In this document: positions 24,444 through 34,306 of the stretch, piece by piece | How the letters are laid out: the number at the start of each line of letters is the position of its first letter | Position numbering within the stretch: position 1 is the first letter of the stretch | Source: Escherichia coli | Lineage (GTDB): Bacteria > Pseudomonadota > Gammaproteobacteria > Enterobacterales > Enterobacteriaceae | Direction: 5' to 3' (one strand) | Length of the DNA: 64,000 nt | NCBI RefSeq assembly: GCF_003018255.1 | Contig: NZ_CP027440.1 | The notes under the pieces: generated by a model | Seen by the model: the letters and a program-made list of their open reading frames with translations, nothing else | What the model was told of the DNA's origin: nothing | The model's database searches: none | Program-made: the position numbers and the translations under genes

Positions 24444-25376
24444 ATGGACAACGACAAAATTGATCAACACAGCGACGAAATTGAAGTTGAGAGCGAAGAA
24501 AAAGAGCGCGGCAAAACAATAGAAATAGATGAAGATCGACTCCCCTCCCGGGCGATGGCAATTCATGAGCATATCCGCCAGGATGGTGAAAAAGAGCTGG
24601 AACGCGACGCAATGGCACTACTGTGGTCAGCCATTGCGGCGGGTCTGTCGATGGGCGCTTCGCTACTGGCAAAAGGGATATTTCATGTCGAACTGGAAGG
24701 CGTGCCGGGCAGCTTCTTGCTGGAGAATCTCGGTTATACCTTTGGTTTTATTATCGTCATTATGGCCCGCCAGCAATTATTTACCGAAAACACCGTGACT
24801 GCGGTACTACCCGTCATGCAAAAACCGACAATGAGCAACGTTGGCTTACTTATGCGGTTATGGGGCGTCGTGCTGCTGGGTAATATTCTCGGGACAGGTA
24901 TTGCGGCGTGGGCATTTGAATATATGCCAATCTTCAATGAAGAAACTCGCGATGCATTTGTCAAAATCGGCATGGATGTGATGAAGAACACCCCCAGCGA
25001 GATGTTTGCCAACGCGATCATTTCCGGCTGGCTGATCGCCACTATGGTTTGGATGTTTCCTGCAGCGGGTGCGGCAAAGATTGTGGTGATTATATTGATG
25101 ACCTGGCTTATTGCCCTGGGTGACACCACTCACATCGTTGTCGGTTCTGTTGAAATCCTCTATCTGGTGTTTAACGGTACGCTGCACTGGAGCGATTTCA
25201 TCTGGCCCTTCGCACTACCTACTTTAGCGGGGAACATCTGCGGCGGCACCTTTATCTTCGCGTTAATGAGTCATGCACAGATCCGTAACGACATGAGCAA
25301 CAAGCGCAAAGCAGAAGCACGCCAAAAAGCAGAACGTGCGGAAAACATTAAGAAAAATGATAAAAACCCGGCATAA
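24444..25376 (+). CDS. yfdC: Formate/nitrite transporter family inner membrane protein YfdC
   Basis: 310 aa ORF, recognised sequence and synteny upstream of argW. Confidence 0.9.
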   Translation: MDNDKIDQHSDEIEVESEEKERGKTIEIDEDRLPSRAMAIHEHIRQDGEKELERDAMALLWSAIAAGLSMGASLLAKGIFHVELEGVPGSFLLENLGYTFGFIIVIMARQQLFTENTVTAVLPVMQKPTMSNVGLLMRLWGVVLLGNILGTGIAAWAFEYMPIFNEETRDAFVKIGMDVMKNTPSEMFANAIISGWLIATMVWMFPAAGAAKIVVIILMTWLIALGDTTHIVVGSVEILYLVFNGTLHWSDFIWPFALPTLAGNICGGTFIFALMSHAQIRNDMSNKRKAEARQKAERAENIKKNDKNPA

Positions 25377-25451
25377 ATGGCGAGGGTTTAAGCAATCGAG
25401 CGGCAGCGTACTTACCCCGCAGTCCATTAGCGGGTATACTCATGCCGCATT

Positions 25452-25526
25452 GTCCTCTTAGTTAAATGGATATAACGAGCCCCTCCTAAGGGCTAATTGC
25501 AGGTTCGATTCCTGCAGGGGACACCA
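25452..25526 (+). tRNA. argW: tRNA-Arg (anticodon CCU)
   Basis: 75-nt sequence GTCCTCTTAGTTAAATGGATATAACGAGCCCCTCCTAAGGGCTAATTGCAGGTTCGATTCCTGCAGGGGACACCA; cloverleaf with CCT anticodon loop, T-loop GGTTCGATTCC. Confidence 0.95.
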
Positions 25527-25735
25527 GATACCCTTCAAACCAAATCTACCTTCACCCCGTAAAAGATGGGTTTGGCAGCACACTTGCCCTATATCTACTC
25601 ATTTTTACTGCAACAGGTTGAAATCTCAGCACTGTCAGAAAGCGCTGATGACTAAACAGCCCTGGGCCGGGCGATGTAACCATCATACAGAATCCTGATA
25701 GCGAAATATGGCGTGACTCGATACTTCACTCTGCA

Positions 25736-25888
25736 ATGCATTCCTTGATGAATTCGCAGGCCCGTGATACACGGGACACGTGGCTGAATGACGACAATGT
25801 CCTGGAAATCAGCGAACCGCGTATCCGGAGTACATTTGAGCGACTGTACCAGAACATGAATGAGGCGTTTGGATTAGGTGATTATTAG
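25736..25888 (+). other. Short unassigned ORF (50 aa) / possible gene remnant adjacent to argW
   Basis: Open frame with internal ATG 25736 ending TAG 25886-25888; frame is open back to 25652 and an out-of-frame ATG at 25648 precedes it, suggesting a degraded or frameshifted gene; below the 60 aa cutoff of the ORF track. Confidence 0.2.
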
Positions 25889-25967
25889 CAGGGGTAAGCA
25901 TTTTTGTATTATTATTTTCCGGTTGAGGGATATGGAGATATCGACAACAACCGGAAAAAGTTTACGT

Positions 25968-27215
25968 CTATATTGCTGAAGGTACAGGCGTTTCCATAAC
26001 TATTTGCTCGCGTTTTTTACTCAGGAAGAAAATGCCAAATAGCAACATCAGGCAGACAATACCCGAAATTGCGAAGAAAACTGTCTGGTAGCCTGCGTGG
26101 TCAAAGAGTATCCCAGTCGGCGTTGAAAGCAGCACAATCCCAAGCGAACTGGCAATTTGAAAACCAATCAGAAAGATCGTCGACGACAGGCGCTTATCAA
26201 AGTTTGCCACGCTGTATTTGAAGACGGATATGACACAAAGTGGAACCTCAATGGCATGTAACAGCTTCACTAATGAAATAATCCAGGGGTTAACGAACAG
26301 CGCGCAGGAAAGGATACGCAACGCCATAATCACAACACCGATAAGTAATGCATTTTTTGGCCCTACCCGATTCACAAAGAAAGGAATAATCGCCATGCAC
26401 AGCGCTTCGAGTACCACCTGGAATGAGTTGAGATAACCATACAGGCGCGTTCCTACATCGTGTGATTCGAATAAACCTGCATAAAAGACAGGAAAGAGTT
26501 GTTGATCAAAAATGTTATAGAAAGACCACGTCCCCACAATAAATATGACAAAAACCCAGAAGTTTCGATCCTTGAAAACTGCGATAAAATCCTCTTTTTT
26601 TACCCCTCCCGCATCCGCCGCTATGCACTGGTGATCCTTATCTTTAAAACGCATGTTGATCATCATAAATACAGCGCCAAATAGCGAGACCAACCAGAAG
26701 TTGATATGGGGACTGATACTAAAAAATATACCAGCAAAGAACGCGCCAATAGCATAGCCAAAAGATCCCCAGGCGCGCGCTGTTCCATATTCGAAATGAA
26801 AATTTCGCGCCATTTTTTCGGTGAAGCTGTCAAGCAAACCGCATCCCGCCAGATACCCCAGGCCAAAAAAGAGCGCCCCCAGAATTAGACCTACAGAAAA
26901 ATTGCTTTGCAGTAACGGTTCATAAACGTAAATCATAAACGGTCCGGTCAAGACCAGAATGAAACTCATACACCAGATGAGCGGTTTCTTCAGACCGAGT
27001 TTATCCTGAACGATGCCGTAGAACATCATAAATAGAATGCTGGTAAACTGGTTGACCGAATAAAGTGTACCTAATTCCGTCCCTGTTAATCCTAGATGTC
27101 CTTTCAGCCAAATAGCGTATAACGACCACCACAGCGACCAGGAAATAAAAAAGAGAAATGAGTAACTGGATGCAAAACGATAGTACGCATTTCTGAATGG
27201 AATATTCAGTGCCAT
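25968..27215 (-). CDS. cscB: Sucrose:H+ symporter (MFS, oligosaccharide/H+ symporter family)
   Basis: 415 aa ORF with 12-TM composition, recognised CscB sequence. Confidence 0.93.
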   Translation of the reverse strand: MALNIPFRNAYYRFASSYSFLFFISWSLWWSLYAIWLKGHLGLTGTELGTLYSVNQFTSILFMMFYGIVQDKLGLKKPLIWCMSFILVLTGPFMIYVYEPLLQSNFSVGLILGALFFGLGYLAGCGLLDSFTEKMARNFHFEYGTARAWGSFGYAIGAFFAGIFFSISPHINFWLVSLFGAVFMMINMRFKDKDHQCIAADAGGVKKEDFIAVFKDRNFWVFVIFIVGTWSFYNIFDQQLFPVFYAGLFESHDVGTRLYGYLNSFQVVLEALCMAIIPFFVNRVGPKNALLIGVVIMALRILSCALFVNPWIISLVKLLHAIEVPLCVISVFKYSVANFDKRLSSTIFLIGFQIASSLGIVLLSTPTGILFDHAGYQTVFFAISGIVCLMLLFGIFFLSKKREQIVMETPVPSAI

Positions 27216-27286
27216 AATTACCTGCCTGTCGTTAAAAAATTCATGTCCTATTTAGAGATAAGAGCGGCCTCGCCGTTTACTTCTCA

Positions 27287-28201
27287 CTATTCCAGTTCTT
27301 GTCGACATGGCAGCGCTGTCATCGCCCCTTTCGCCGTTACTGCAAGCGCTCCGCAACGTTGAGCGAGATCGATAATTCGTCGCATTTCTCTTTCATCTGT
27401 AGATAATCCCGTAGAGGACAGACCTGTGAGTAACCCGGCAACGAACGCATCTCCCGCCCCCGTGCTATCGACACAATTCACAGACATTCCAGCAAAATGG
27501 TGAACTTGTCCTCGATAACAGACCACCACCCCTTCTGCACCTTTAGTCACCAACAGCATGGCGATCTCATACTCTTTTGCCAGGGCGCATATATCCCAAT
27601 CGTTCTGTGTTTTTCCACTGATAAGTCGCCATTCTTCTTCCGAGAGCTTGACGACATCCGCCAGTTGTAGCGCCTGCCGCAAACACAAGCGGAGCAAATG
27701 CTCGTCTTGCCATAGATCTTCACGAATATTGGGATCGAAGCTGACAAAACCTCCGGCATGCCGGATCGCCGTCATCGCAGTAAATGCGCTGGTACGCGAA
27801 GGCTCGGCAGACAACGCAATTGAACAGAGATGTAACCATTCGCCATGTCGCCAGCAGGGCAAGTCTGTCGTCTCTAAAAAAAGATCGGCACTGGGGCGGA
27901 CCATAAACGTAAATGAACGTTCTCCTTGATCGTTCAGATCGACAAGCACCGTGGATGTCCGGTGCCATTCATCTTGCTTCAGATACGTGATATCGACACC
28001 CTCAGTTAGCAGCGTTCTTTGCATTAACGCACCAAAAGGATCATCACCGACCCGACCTATAAACCCACTTGTTCCGCCTAATCTGGCGATTCCCACCGCA
28101 ACGTTAGCTGGCGCGCCGCCAGGACAAGGTAGTAGCCGCCCGTCTGATTCTGGCAAGAGATCTACGACCGCATCCCCTAAAACCCATACTTTGGCTGACA
28201 T
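27287..28201 (-). CDS. cscK: Fructokinase (ROK/pfkB-family sugar kinase of csc regulon)
   Basis: 304 aa ORF with pfkB-family motifs (GG..N, DSTGAGDAF). Confidence 0.93.
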   Translation of the reverse strand: MSAKVWVLGDAVVDLLPESDGRLLPCPGGAPANVAVGIARLGGTSGFIGRVGDDPFGALMQRTLLTEGVDITYLKQDEWHRTSTVLVDLNDQGERSFTFMVRPSADLFLETTDLPCWRHGEWLHLCSIALSAEPSRTSAFTAMTAIRHAGGFVSFDPNIREDLWQDEHLLRLCLRQALQLADVVKLSEEEWRLISGKTQNDWDICALAKEYEIAMLLVTKGAEGVVVCYRGQVHHFAGMSVNCVDSTGAGDAFVAGLLTGLSSTGLSTDEREMRRIIDLAQRCGALAVTAKGAMTALPCRQELE

Positions 28202-28306
28202 TTTTTTCCCTTAAATTCATCTGACTTACGCATAGTGATAAACCTCTTTTTCGCAAAATCGTCATGGATTTACTAAAACATGCATATTCGATCACAAAAC
28301 GTCATA

Positions 28307-28318
28307 GTTAACGTTAAC
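28307..28318. promoter_or_regulatory. Perfect 12-bp palindrome GTTAACGTTAAC, candidate CscR operator (site 1)
   Basis: Read directly in the cscK-cscA divergent intergenic region; identical copy 64 bp downstream. Confidence 0.5.
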
Positions 28319-28370
28319 ATTTGTGATATTCATCGCATTTATGAAAGTAAGGGACTTTATTTTTATAAAA

Positions 28371-28382
28371 GTTAACGTTAAC
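28371..28382. promoter_or_regulatory. Perfect 12-bp palindrome GTTAACGTTAAC, candidate CscR operator (site 2)
   Basis: Identical to site 1, about 35 bp upstream of cscA start. Confidence 0.5.
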
Positions 28383-28416
28383 AATTCACCCAATTTGCTT
28401 AACCAGGATGATAAAA

Positions 28417-29850
28417 ATGACGCAATCTCGATTACATGCGGCGCAAAACGCACTAGCAAAACTTCACGAGCGCCGAGGTAACACTTTCTATCCCCATTTT
28501 CACCTCGCGCCTCCCGCCGGGTGGATGAACGATCCAAACGGCCTAATCTGGTTTAACGATCGTTATCACGCGTTTTATCAACATCACCCGATGAGCGAAC
28601 ACTGGGGGCCAATGCACTGGGGACATGCCACCAGCGACGATATGATCCACTGGCAGCATGAGCCTATTGCGCTAGCGCCAGGAGACGAGAATGACAAAGA
28701 CGGGTGTTTTTCAGGTAGTGCTGTCGATGACAATGGTGTCCTCTCACTTATCTACACCGGACACGTCTGGCTCGATGGTGCAGGTAATGACGATGCAATT
28801 CGCGAAGTACAATGTCTGGCTACCAGTCGGGATGGTATTCATTTCGAGAAACAGGGTGTGATCCTCACTCCACCAGAAGGCATCATGCACTTCCGCGATC
28901 CTAAAGTGTGGCGTGAAGCCGACACATGGTGGATGGTAGTCGGGGCGAAAGATCCAGGCAACACGGGGCAGATCCTGCTTTATCGCGGCAGTTCATTGCG
29001 TGAATGGACTTTCGATCGCGTACTGGCCCACGCTGATGCGGGTGAAAGCTATATGTGGGAATGTCCGGACTTTTTCAGCCTTGGCGATCAGCATTATCTG
29101 ATGTTTTCCCCGCAGGGAATGAATGCCGAGGGATACAGTTACCGAAATCGCTTTCAAAGTGGCGTAATACCCGGAATGTGGTCGCCAGGACGACTTTTTG
29201 CACAATCCGGGCATTTTACTGAACTTGATAGCGGGCATGACTTTTATGCACCACAAAGCTTTTTAGCGAAGGATGGTCGGCGTATTGTTATCGGCTGGAT
29301 GGATATGTGGGAATCGCCAATGCCCTCAAAACGTGAAGGCTGGGCAGGCTGCATGACGCTGGCGCGCGAGCTATCAGAGAGCAATGGCAAACTTCTACAA
29401 CGCCCGGTACACGAAGCTGAGTCGTTACGCCAGCAGCATCAATCTATCTCTCCCCGCACAATCAGCAATAAATATGTTTTGCAGGAAAACGCGCAAGCAG
29501 TTGAGATTCAGCTGCAGTGGGCGTTGAAGAACAGTGATGCCGAACATTACGGATTACAGCTCGGCACTGGAATGCGGCTGTATATTGATAACCAATCTGA
29601 GCGACTTGTTTTGTGGCGGTATTACCCACACGAGAATTTAGATGGCTACCGTAGTATTCCCCTCCCGCAGGGTGACATGCTCGCCCTAAGGATATTTATC
29701 GATACATCATCCGTGGAAGTATTTATTAACGACGGGGAGGCGGTGATGAGTAGCCGAATATATCCGCAGCCAGAAGAACGGGAACTGTCGCTCTATGCCT
29801 CCCACGGAGTGGCTGTGCTGCAACATGGAGCACTCTGGCAACTGGGTTAA
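28417..29850 (+). CDS. cscA: Sucrose-6-phosphate hydrolase / invertase (GH32)
   Basis: ORF 28408-29850; start placed at MTQSRLHAAQN; GH32 N-terminal motif WMNDPNG present. Confidence 0.93.
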   Translation: MTQSRLHAAQNALAKLHERRGNTFYPHFHLAPPAGWMNDPNGLIWFNDRYHAFYQHHPMSEHWGPMHWGHATSDDMIHWQHEPIALAPGDENDKDGCFSGSAVDDNGVLSLIYTGHVWLDGAGNDDAIREVQCLATSRDGIHFEKQGVILTPPEGIMHFRDPKVWREADTWWMVVGAKDPGNTGQILLYRGSSLREWTFDRVLAHADAGESYMWECPDFFSLGDQHYLMFSPQGMNAEGYSYRNRFQSGVIPGMWSPGRLFAQSGHFTELDSGHDFYAPQSFLAKDGRRIVIGWMDMWESPMPSKREGWAGCMTLARELSESNGKLLQRPVHEAESLRQQHQSISPRTISNKYVLQENAQAVEIQLQWALKNSDAEHYGLQLGTGMRLYIDNQSERLVLWRYYPHENLDGYRSIPLPQGDMLALRIFIDTSSVEVFINDGEAVMSSRIYPQPEERELSLYASHGVAVLQHGALWQLG

Positions 29851-29857
29851 CATAATA

Positions 29858-30853
29858 TCAGGTGGAACAACGGATCAACAGCGGGCAAGGGATCCGCGTC
29901 ACTCTTCCCCCTTCACGATCTTCAATAATATGCAATGCAGCTTCCCGCCCGATAATGTCATGTGGAAGCTGAATTGTGGTCAGCGGCGGTAAAAACAGAT
30001 GCCCGACGCCAACCAGATTATCAAAGCCCATTACGGCGACATCCTGCGGGATACGTACCCCCTTCGCCAGGAGAACCTGATAAGCGACAAAGGCTGCGCG
30101 ATCGTTACCACATATCAGAACATCAAAATCTGGTTTGCCCGATTTGAAGTGGTCATTGAGTAAACTTGCGAGATCGGTGTAGTGATCATCACCTGTTGCC
30201 ATGTGAAATTGTTTCACCTCAGCCAGATCTCGTCCAGCATCACGCCAGGCCTGCTCAAATCCCTGCCGACGATACCCTGTTGCCAACGCACTTTCCGGTA
30301 GCCAGAAGCATAACGGTTGACGATAGCCCGCCGCGAGCAAATGCTGTGTTGATTCATATTGTGCAGTGTAATCATCAGGGATATAACTGGGTAACGCTGG
30401 GTCATCCGCCACACAGTTCGCCAATACAATATTTTCACCATACAGAGACTCAGGCAGCGAGATATGTCGCAGCCCCATTGTAGTATAGATAATGCCATCC
30501 GGACGGTGGGCAAGCAGCTGACGTGCCGCGCGGGCAGCGTCATCTTCAGAAAAAATATTGATTAAAAAACTATTCCAGCCAAACTCGCTGGCGGTTTGCT
30601 CAATGGCAAGCAGAATATCAACAGAGAAAGGAGTGGTGGCCGTGTCCTGCGCCAGCACGGCGAGAGTCGACGGCTTACGTCCTTGAGCGCGCATCTTACG
30701 GGCGGAAAGATCAGGAACATAATTCAGGGTCTGGATTGCCTGCAATACGCGGTCACGCGTTGCAGGACGCACAGATTCTGCATTATGCATCACCCGGGAG
30801 ACTGTCATCATCGACACTCCCGCCAGGCGTGCGACATCCTTTAATGAAGCCAT
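29858..30853 (-). CDS. cscR: LacI-family sucrose operon repressor
   Basis: Six-frame ORF is 397 aa; start placed at internal Met giving 331 aa MASLKDVARLAGVSMMTVSRV (LacI-type HTH at the N-terminus). Confidence 0.9.
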   Translation of the reverse strand: MASLKDVARLAGVSMMTVSRVMHNAESVRPATRDRVLQAIQTLNYVPDLSARKMRAQGRKPSTLAVLAQDTATTPFSVDILLAIEQTASEFGWNSFLINIFSEDDAARAARQLLAHRPDGIIYTTMGLRHISLPESLYGENIVLANCVADDPALPSYIPDDYTAQYESTQHLLAAGYRQPLCFWLPESALATGYRRQGFEQAWRDAGRDLAEVKQFHMATGDDHYTDLASLLNDHFKSGKPDFDVLICGNDRAAFVAYQVLLAKGVRIPQDVAVMGFDNLVGVGHLFLPPLTTIQLPHDIIGREAALHIIEDREGGRVTRIPCPLLIRCST

Positions 30854-31083
30854 ACCCAAGCCGTTTGCCGTAAAACGGGCACTGTAGCAGAAACAGACGT
30901 CACTGGCGAGATCCAACGATATTCTCAACGCCCTATCACCCGACACGGCAATACAATAAAAAATAACAATAATTCCCGGACAATTGTACCCAATTCCGCC
31001 TCTGTTCTCGCCAACGAGTAACCATGTAGGCAAGTAGGTAAAACATGCCAACTGGCATCGCCAACCTGGAGAAGAAAATATAA

Positions 31084-31314
31084 ATATGGATCATTGTGCT
31101 GCCGCTGTATCCCGACATCAGTCCGGAAATTATTGCGATTGCTATCGGTTCAGGTGCGATTGGCTGCACGATCGTTACGGACTCGCTTTTCTGGCTGGTG
31201 AAGCAATATTGCGGCGCTACGCTCAATGAAACATTTAAATACTATACGACAGCGACATTTATCGCTTCAGTCGTCGCTCTGGCGGGCACATTCCTGCTGT
31301 CATTTATCATCTAA
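31084..31314 (+). pseudogene. dsdX: 3' remnant of D-serine permease gene dsdX (GntP family), truncated at the csc cassette boundary
   Basis: Open frame of about 76 codons ending 18 bp before dsdA; hydrophobic C-terminal TM segment consistent with DsdX C-terminus; no full-length permease ORF upstream. Confidence 0.75.
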
Positions 31315-31331
31315 GCGCAAAGAGACGTACT

Positions 31332-32663
31332 ATGGAAAACGCTAAAATGAACTCGCTCATCGCCCAGTATCCGTTGGTAAAGGATCTGGTTGCTCTTAAA
31401 GAAACCACCTGGTTTAATCCTGGCACGACCTCATTGGCTGAAGGTTTACCTTATGTTGGCCTGACCGAACAGGATGTTCAGGACGCCCATGCGCGCTTAT
31501 CCCGTTTTGCACCCTATCTGGCAAAAGCATTTCCTGAAACTGCTGCTACTGGGGGGATTATTGAATCAGAACTGGTTGCCATTCCGGCTATGCAAAAACG
31601 GCTGGAAAAGGAATATCAACAACCGATCAGCGGGCAACTGCTACTGAAAAAAGATAGCCATTTGCCCATTTCCGGCTCCATAAAAGCACGCGGCGGGATT
31701 TATGAAGTCCTGGCACATGCAGAAAAACTGGCTCTGGAAGCGGGGTTGCTGACGCTTGAAGATGACTACAGCAAACTGCTTTCTCCGGAGTTTAAACAGT
31801 TCTTTAGTCAATACAGCATTGCTGTGGGCTCAACCGGAAATCTGGGGTTATCAATCGGCATTATGAGCGCCCGCATTGGCTTTAAGGTGACAGTACATAT
31901 GTCTGCTGATGCCCGGGCATGGAAAAAAGCGAAACTGCGCAGCCATGGCGTTACGGTCGTGGAATATGAGCAAGATTATGGTGTTGCAGTCGAGGAAGGA
32001 CGTAAAGCAGCGCAATCTGACCCGAACTGTTTCTTTATTGATGACGAGAATTCCCGCACGTTGTTCCTTGGGTATTCCGTCGCTGGCCAGCGTCTTAAAG
32101 CGCAATTTGCCGAGCAAGGTCGTATTGTCGATGCTGATAACCCTCTGTTTGTCTATCTGCCGTGTGGTGTTGGCGGTGGTCCTGGTGGCGTCGCATTCGG
32201 GCTTAAACTGGCATTTGGCGATCATGTTCACTGCTTTTTTGCCGAACCAACGCACTCCCCTTGTATGCTGTTAGGCGTCCATACAGGATTACACGATCAG
32301 ATTTCTGTTCAGGATATTGGTATCGATAACCTTACCGCAGCGGATGGCCTTGCAGTTGGTCGCGCATCAGGCTTTGTCGGGCGGGCAATGGAGCGTTTAC
32401 TGGATGGCTTCTATACCCTTAGCGATCAAACCATGTATGACATGCTTGGCTGGCTGACGCAGGAAGAAGGTATTCGTCTTGAACCTTCGGCACTGGCGGG
32501 TATGGCCGGACCTCAGCGCGTGTGTGCATCAGTAAGTTACCAACAGATGCACGGTTTCAGCGCAGAACAACTGCATAATGCCACTCATCTGGTGTGGGCG
32601 ACGGGAGGTGGAATGGTGCCGGAAGAAGAGATGGAGCAATATCTGGCAAAAGGCCGTTCATAA
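31332..32663 (+). CDS. dsdA: D-serine ammonia-lyase (D-serine dehydratase)
   Basis: 443 aa [22 protein letters not shown]..., PLP-lysine region SGSIKARGG. Confidence 0.95.
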   Translation: MENAKMNSLIAQYPLVKDLVALKETTWFNPGTTSLAEGLPYVGLTEQDVQDAHARLSRFAPYLAKAFPETAATGGIIESELVAIPAMQKRLEKEYQQPISGQLLLKKDSHLPISGSIKARGGIYEVLAHAEKLALEAGLLTLEDDYSKLLSPEFKQFFSQYSIAVGSTGNLGLSIGIMSARIGFKVTVHMSADARAWKKAKLRSHGVTVVEYEQDYGVAVEEGRKAAQSDPNCFFIDDENSRTLFLGYSVAGQRLKAQFAEQGRIVDADNPLFVYLPCGVGGGPGGVAFGLKLAFGDHVHCFFAEPTHSPCMLLGVHTGLHDQISVQDIGIDNLTAADGLAVGRASGFVGRAMERLLDGFYTLSDQTMYDMLGWLTQEEGIRLEPSALAGMAGPQRVCASVSYQQMHGFSAEQLHNATHLVWATGGGMVPEEEMEQYLAKGRS

Positions 32664-32767
32664 CGTTTCAACGCAGCATCGCCATCCTTTCCCTGGGTGA
32701 GCGATGCTGCCGATGGCGCAGACTTAAGATCCCCGGTCTTACCTGCTATAATTCTCTCTTTATACCA

Positions 32768-34306
32768 TCACCCAACGCCTTTCGCTGTAAACGGCGGTTT
32801 CGCAAACCAAACCAATACCGTAAGTAAGATAAAAGCAATAGCCGCCATACGGAAAATCTCATTTGCAGAAATTGAAAGTGACTGCTGAGTTATTTCATTA
32901 TTAATTTCATTAAGAACTCCTGAAAGCGAACCATAGTATTTATCCATAATTTGTGACGATGAATTAAATACGGGGTTAAATTGATCGATGGTTGCTGTCA
33001 ACTGACTATGGTGTAACGATTCGCGTCGTCCCCACAGCGTCATTGTCAACGACGTACCAACTGATCCTGACAAGGTACGAAAAAAATTACTCATACTCGA
33101 GGCATTGGCAAATTTATTATCTGGCAACCCTGAAAACGAAATCGTTGTTAAGGGTAAAAAGAAACAGGCAACGGCGAATCCCTGGAAAAACTGTGGCAAA
33201 ATGATGCCTGTAAAATCAATCGTTGGCATAAATGTCACAGAACGCCAGTAATAGCAAACCGCATACATCAAAAAACTAAATGTCACCAACAACCGCATAT
33301 CAATTTTGTTGCCATAACGTCCTATCAAAGGTGATATTAATAGCGGCATGATGCCGATGGGCGCATAGGCAAGTCCGGCCCATATCGCATTATACCCCAT
33401 CGTTTCCTGGAGTAACTGCGGCATAAGGACTATCGCCCCAGAGTAAAATAAATACGCGCATGTGATACTCACAATACCAATGGTGAAATTACGGGACTTA
33501 AACAAACTGAGATCAAGAATCGGATTCTCTGAGGTCGACTCCCAAATGACTAAAGAAATCAGAGAAATAACTGACACTACTGTTAGTATTATTATTGTAC
33601 TCGAGTTGAACCAATCCAGATCGCGCCCTTTATCAAGCATTATCTGCAAGCCACCAACACCGAGCACTAACAGGGTCAGTCCTGGTAGATTCATTTTGAC
33701 CGGTGAAGTCTCAGTTTCTCTTCCTTTAAGTAAGGTTAAGCATAATGTCAGAACGATAATCCCCATAGGGACATTGATTAAAAATATCCAACCCCAGCTA
33801 AAGTTATCGCAAATATAGCCGCCCAATATCGGCCCACATATCGGAGCGATAATTACGGTCATTGACCATAATGCCAAAGCAAATGTTCTTTTTTCTGGCG
33901 GATAATTCCTTAATAATAAACTCTGTGACAGTGGAATTAACGGCCCCGCCATTAAGCCCTGAACGACTCTAAAAAATATCAGCACATCAAGATTGGTCGA
34001 TAGGCTACACATTAATGAAGATAGTGAAAAAAAGGTTACTGAAAGTAAAAATAATCTTAATTCGCCTATTCTTTGTGCCAGCCTGCCGGTAACAGGGATC
34101 GCAATGGCATTTGCTACGCCAAACGAAGTGATAACCCAGGTGCCTTCGTCTGTTGATGCTCCCAGAAAGCCAGATATTGTCGGTATTGCGACGTTAGAAA
34201 TAGTGGAATCCAACATTTGCATAAACGTCGCTAAGGACAATGCAATAGTAACGCACCATAACGTCCCACCGGTTAATGGTGCCGGAGTTGATTTAGTGAT
34301 TGCCAT
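32768..34306 (-). CDS. emrY: MFS multidrug efflux pump EmrY (EmrB paralogue)
   Basis: 512 aa 14-TM-type ORF, recognised sequence. Confidence 0.93.
   Translation of the reverse strand: MAITKSTPAPLTGGTLWCVTIALSLATFMQMLDSTISNVAIPTISGFLGASTDEGTWVITSFGVANAIAIPVTGRLAQRIGELRLFLLSVTFFSLSSLMCSLSTNLDVLIFFRVVQGLMAGPLIPLSQSLLLRNYPPEKRTFALALWSMTVIIAPICGPILGGYICDNFSWGWIFLINVPMGIIVLTLCLTLLKGRETETSPVKMNLPGLTLLVLGVGGLQIMLDKGRDLDWFNSSTIIILTVVSVISLISLVIWESTSENPILDLSLFKSRNFTIGIVSITCAYLFYSGAIVLMPQLLQETMGYNAIWAGLAYAPIGIMPLLISPLIGRYGNKIDMRLLVTFSFLMYAVCYYWRSVTFMPTIDFTGIILPQFFQGFAVACFFLPLTTISFSGLPDNKFANASSMSNFFRTLSGSVGTSLTMTLWGRRESLHHSQLTATIDQFNPVFNSSSQIMDKYYGSLSGVLNEINNEITQQSLSISANEIFRMAAIAFILLTVLVWFAKPPFTAKGVG

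Noticed and set aside
29858-31051. Extended 397-aa version of cscR
   Set aside because: The first 66 codons lack a LacI-type HTH and precede a Met followed immediately by the HTH (MASLKDVARLAGVSMMTVSRV); the 331-aa start is preferred
25377-31331. Possible integrase-bearing island or prophage at argW
   Set aside because: No integrase, recombinase or phage structural ORF present, and no direct repeat of the argW 3' end found at the distal boundary; the region is a compact metabolic cassette
32673-32710. Inverted repeat GCAGCATCGC/GCGATGCTGC between dsdA and emrY as a terminator
   Set aside because: The loop is 18 nt and there is no adjacent U-run on either strand, so it is not a convincing intrinsic terminator
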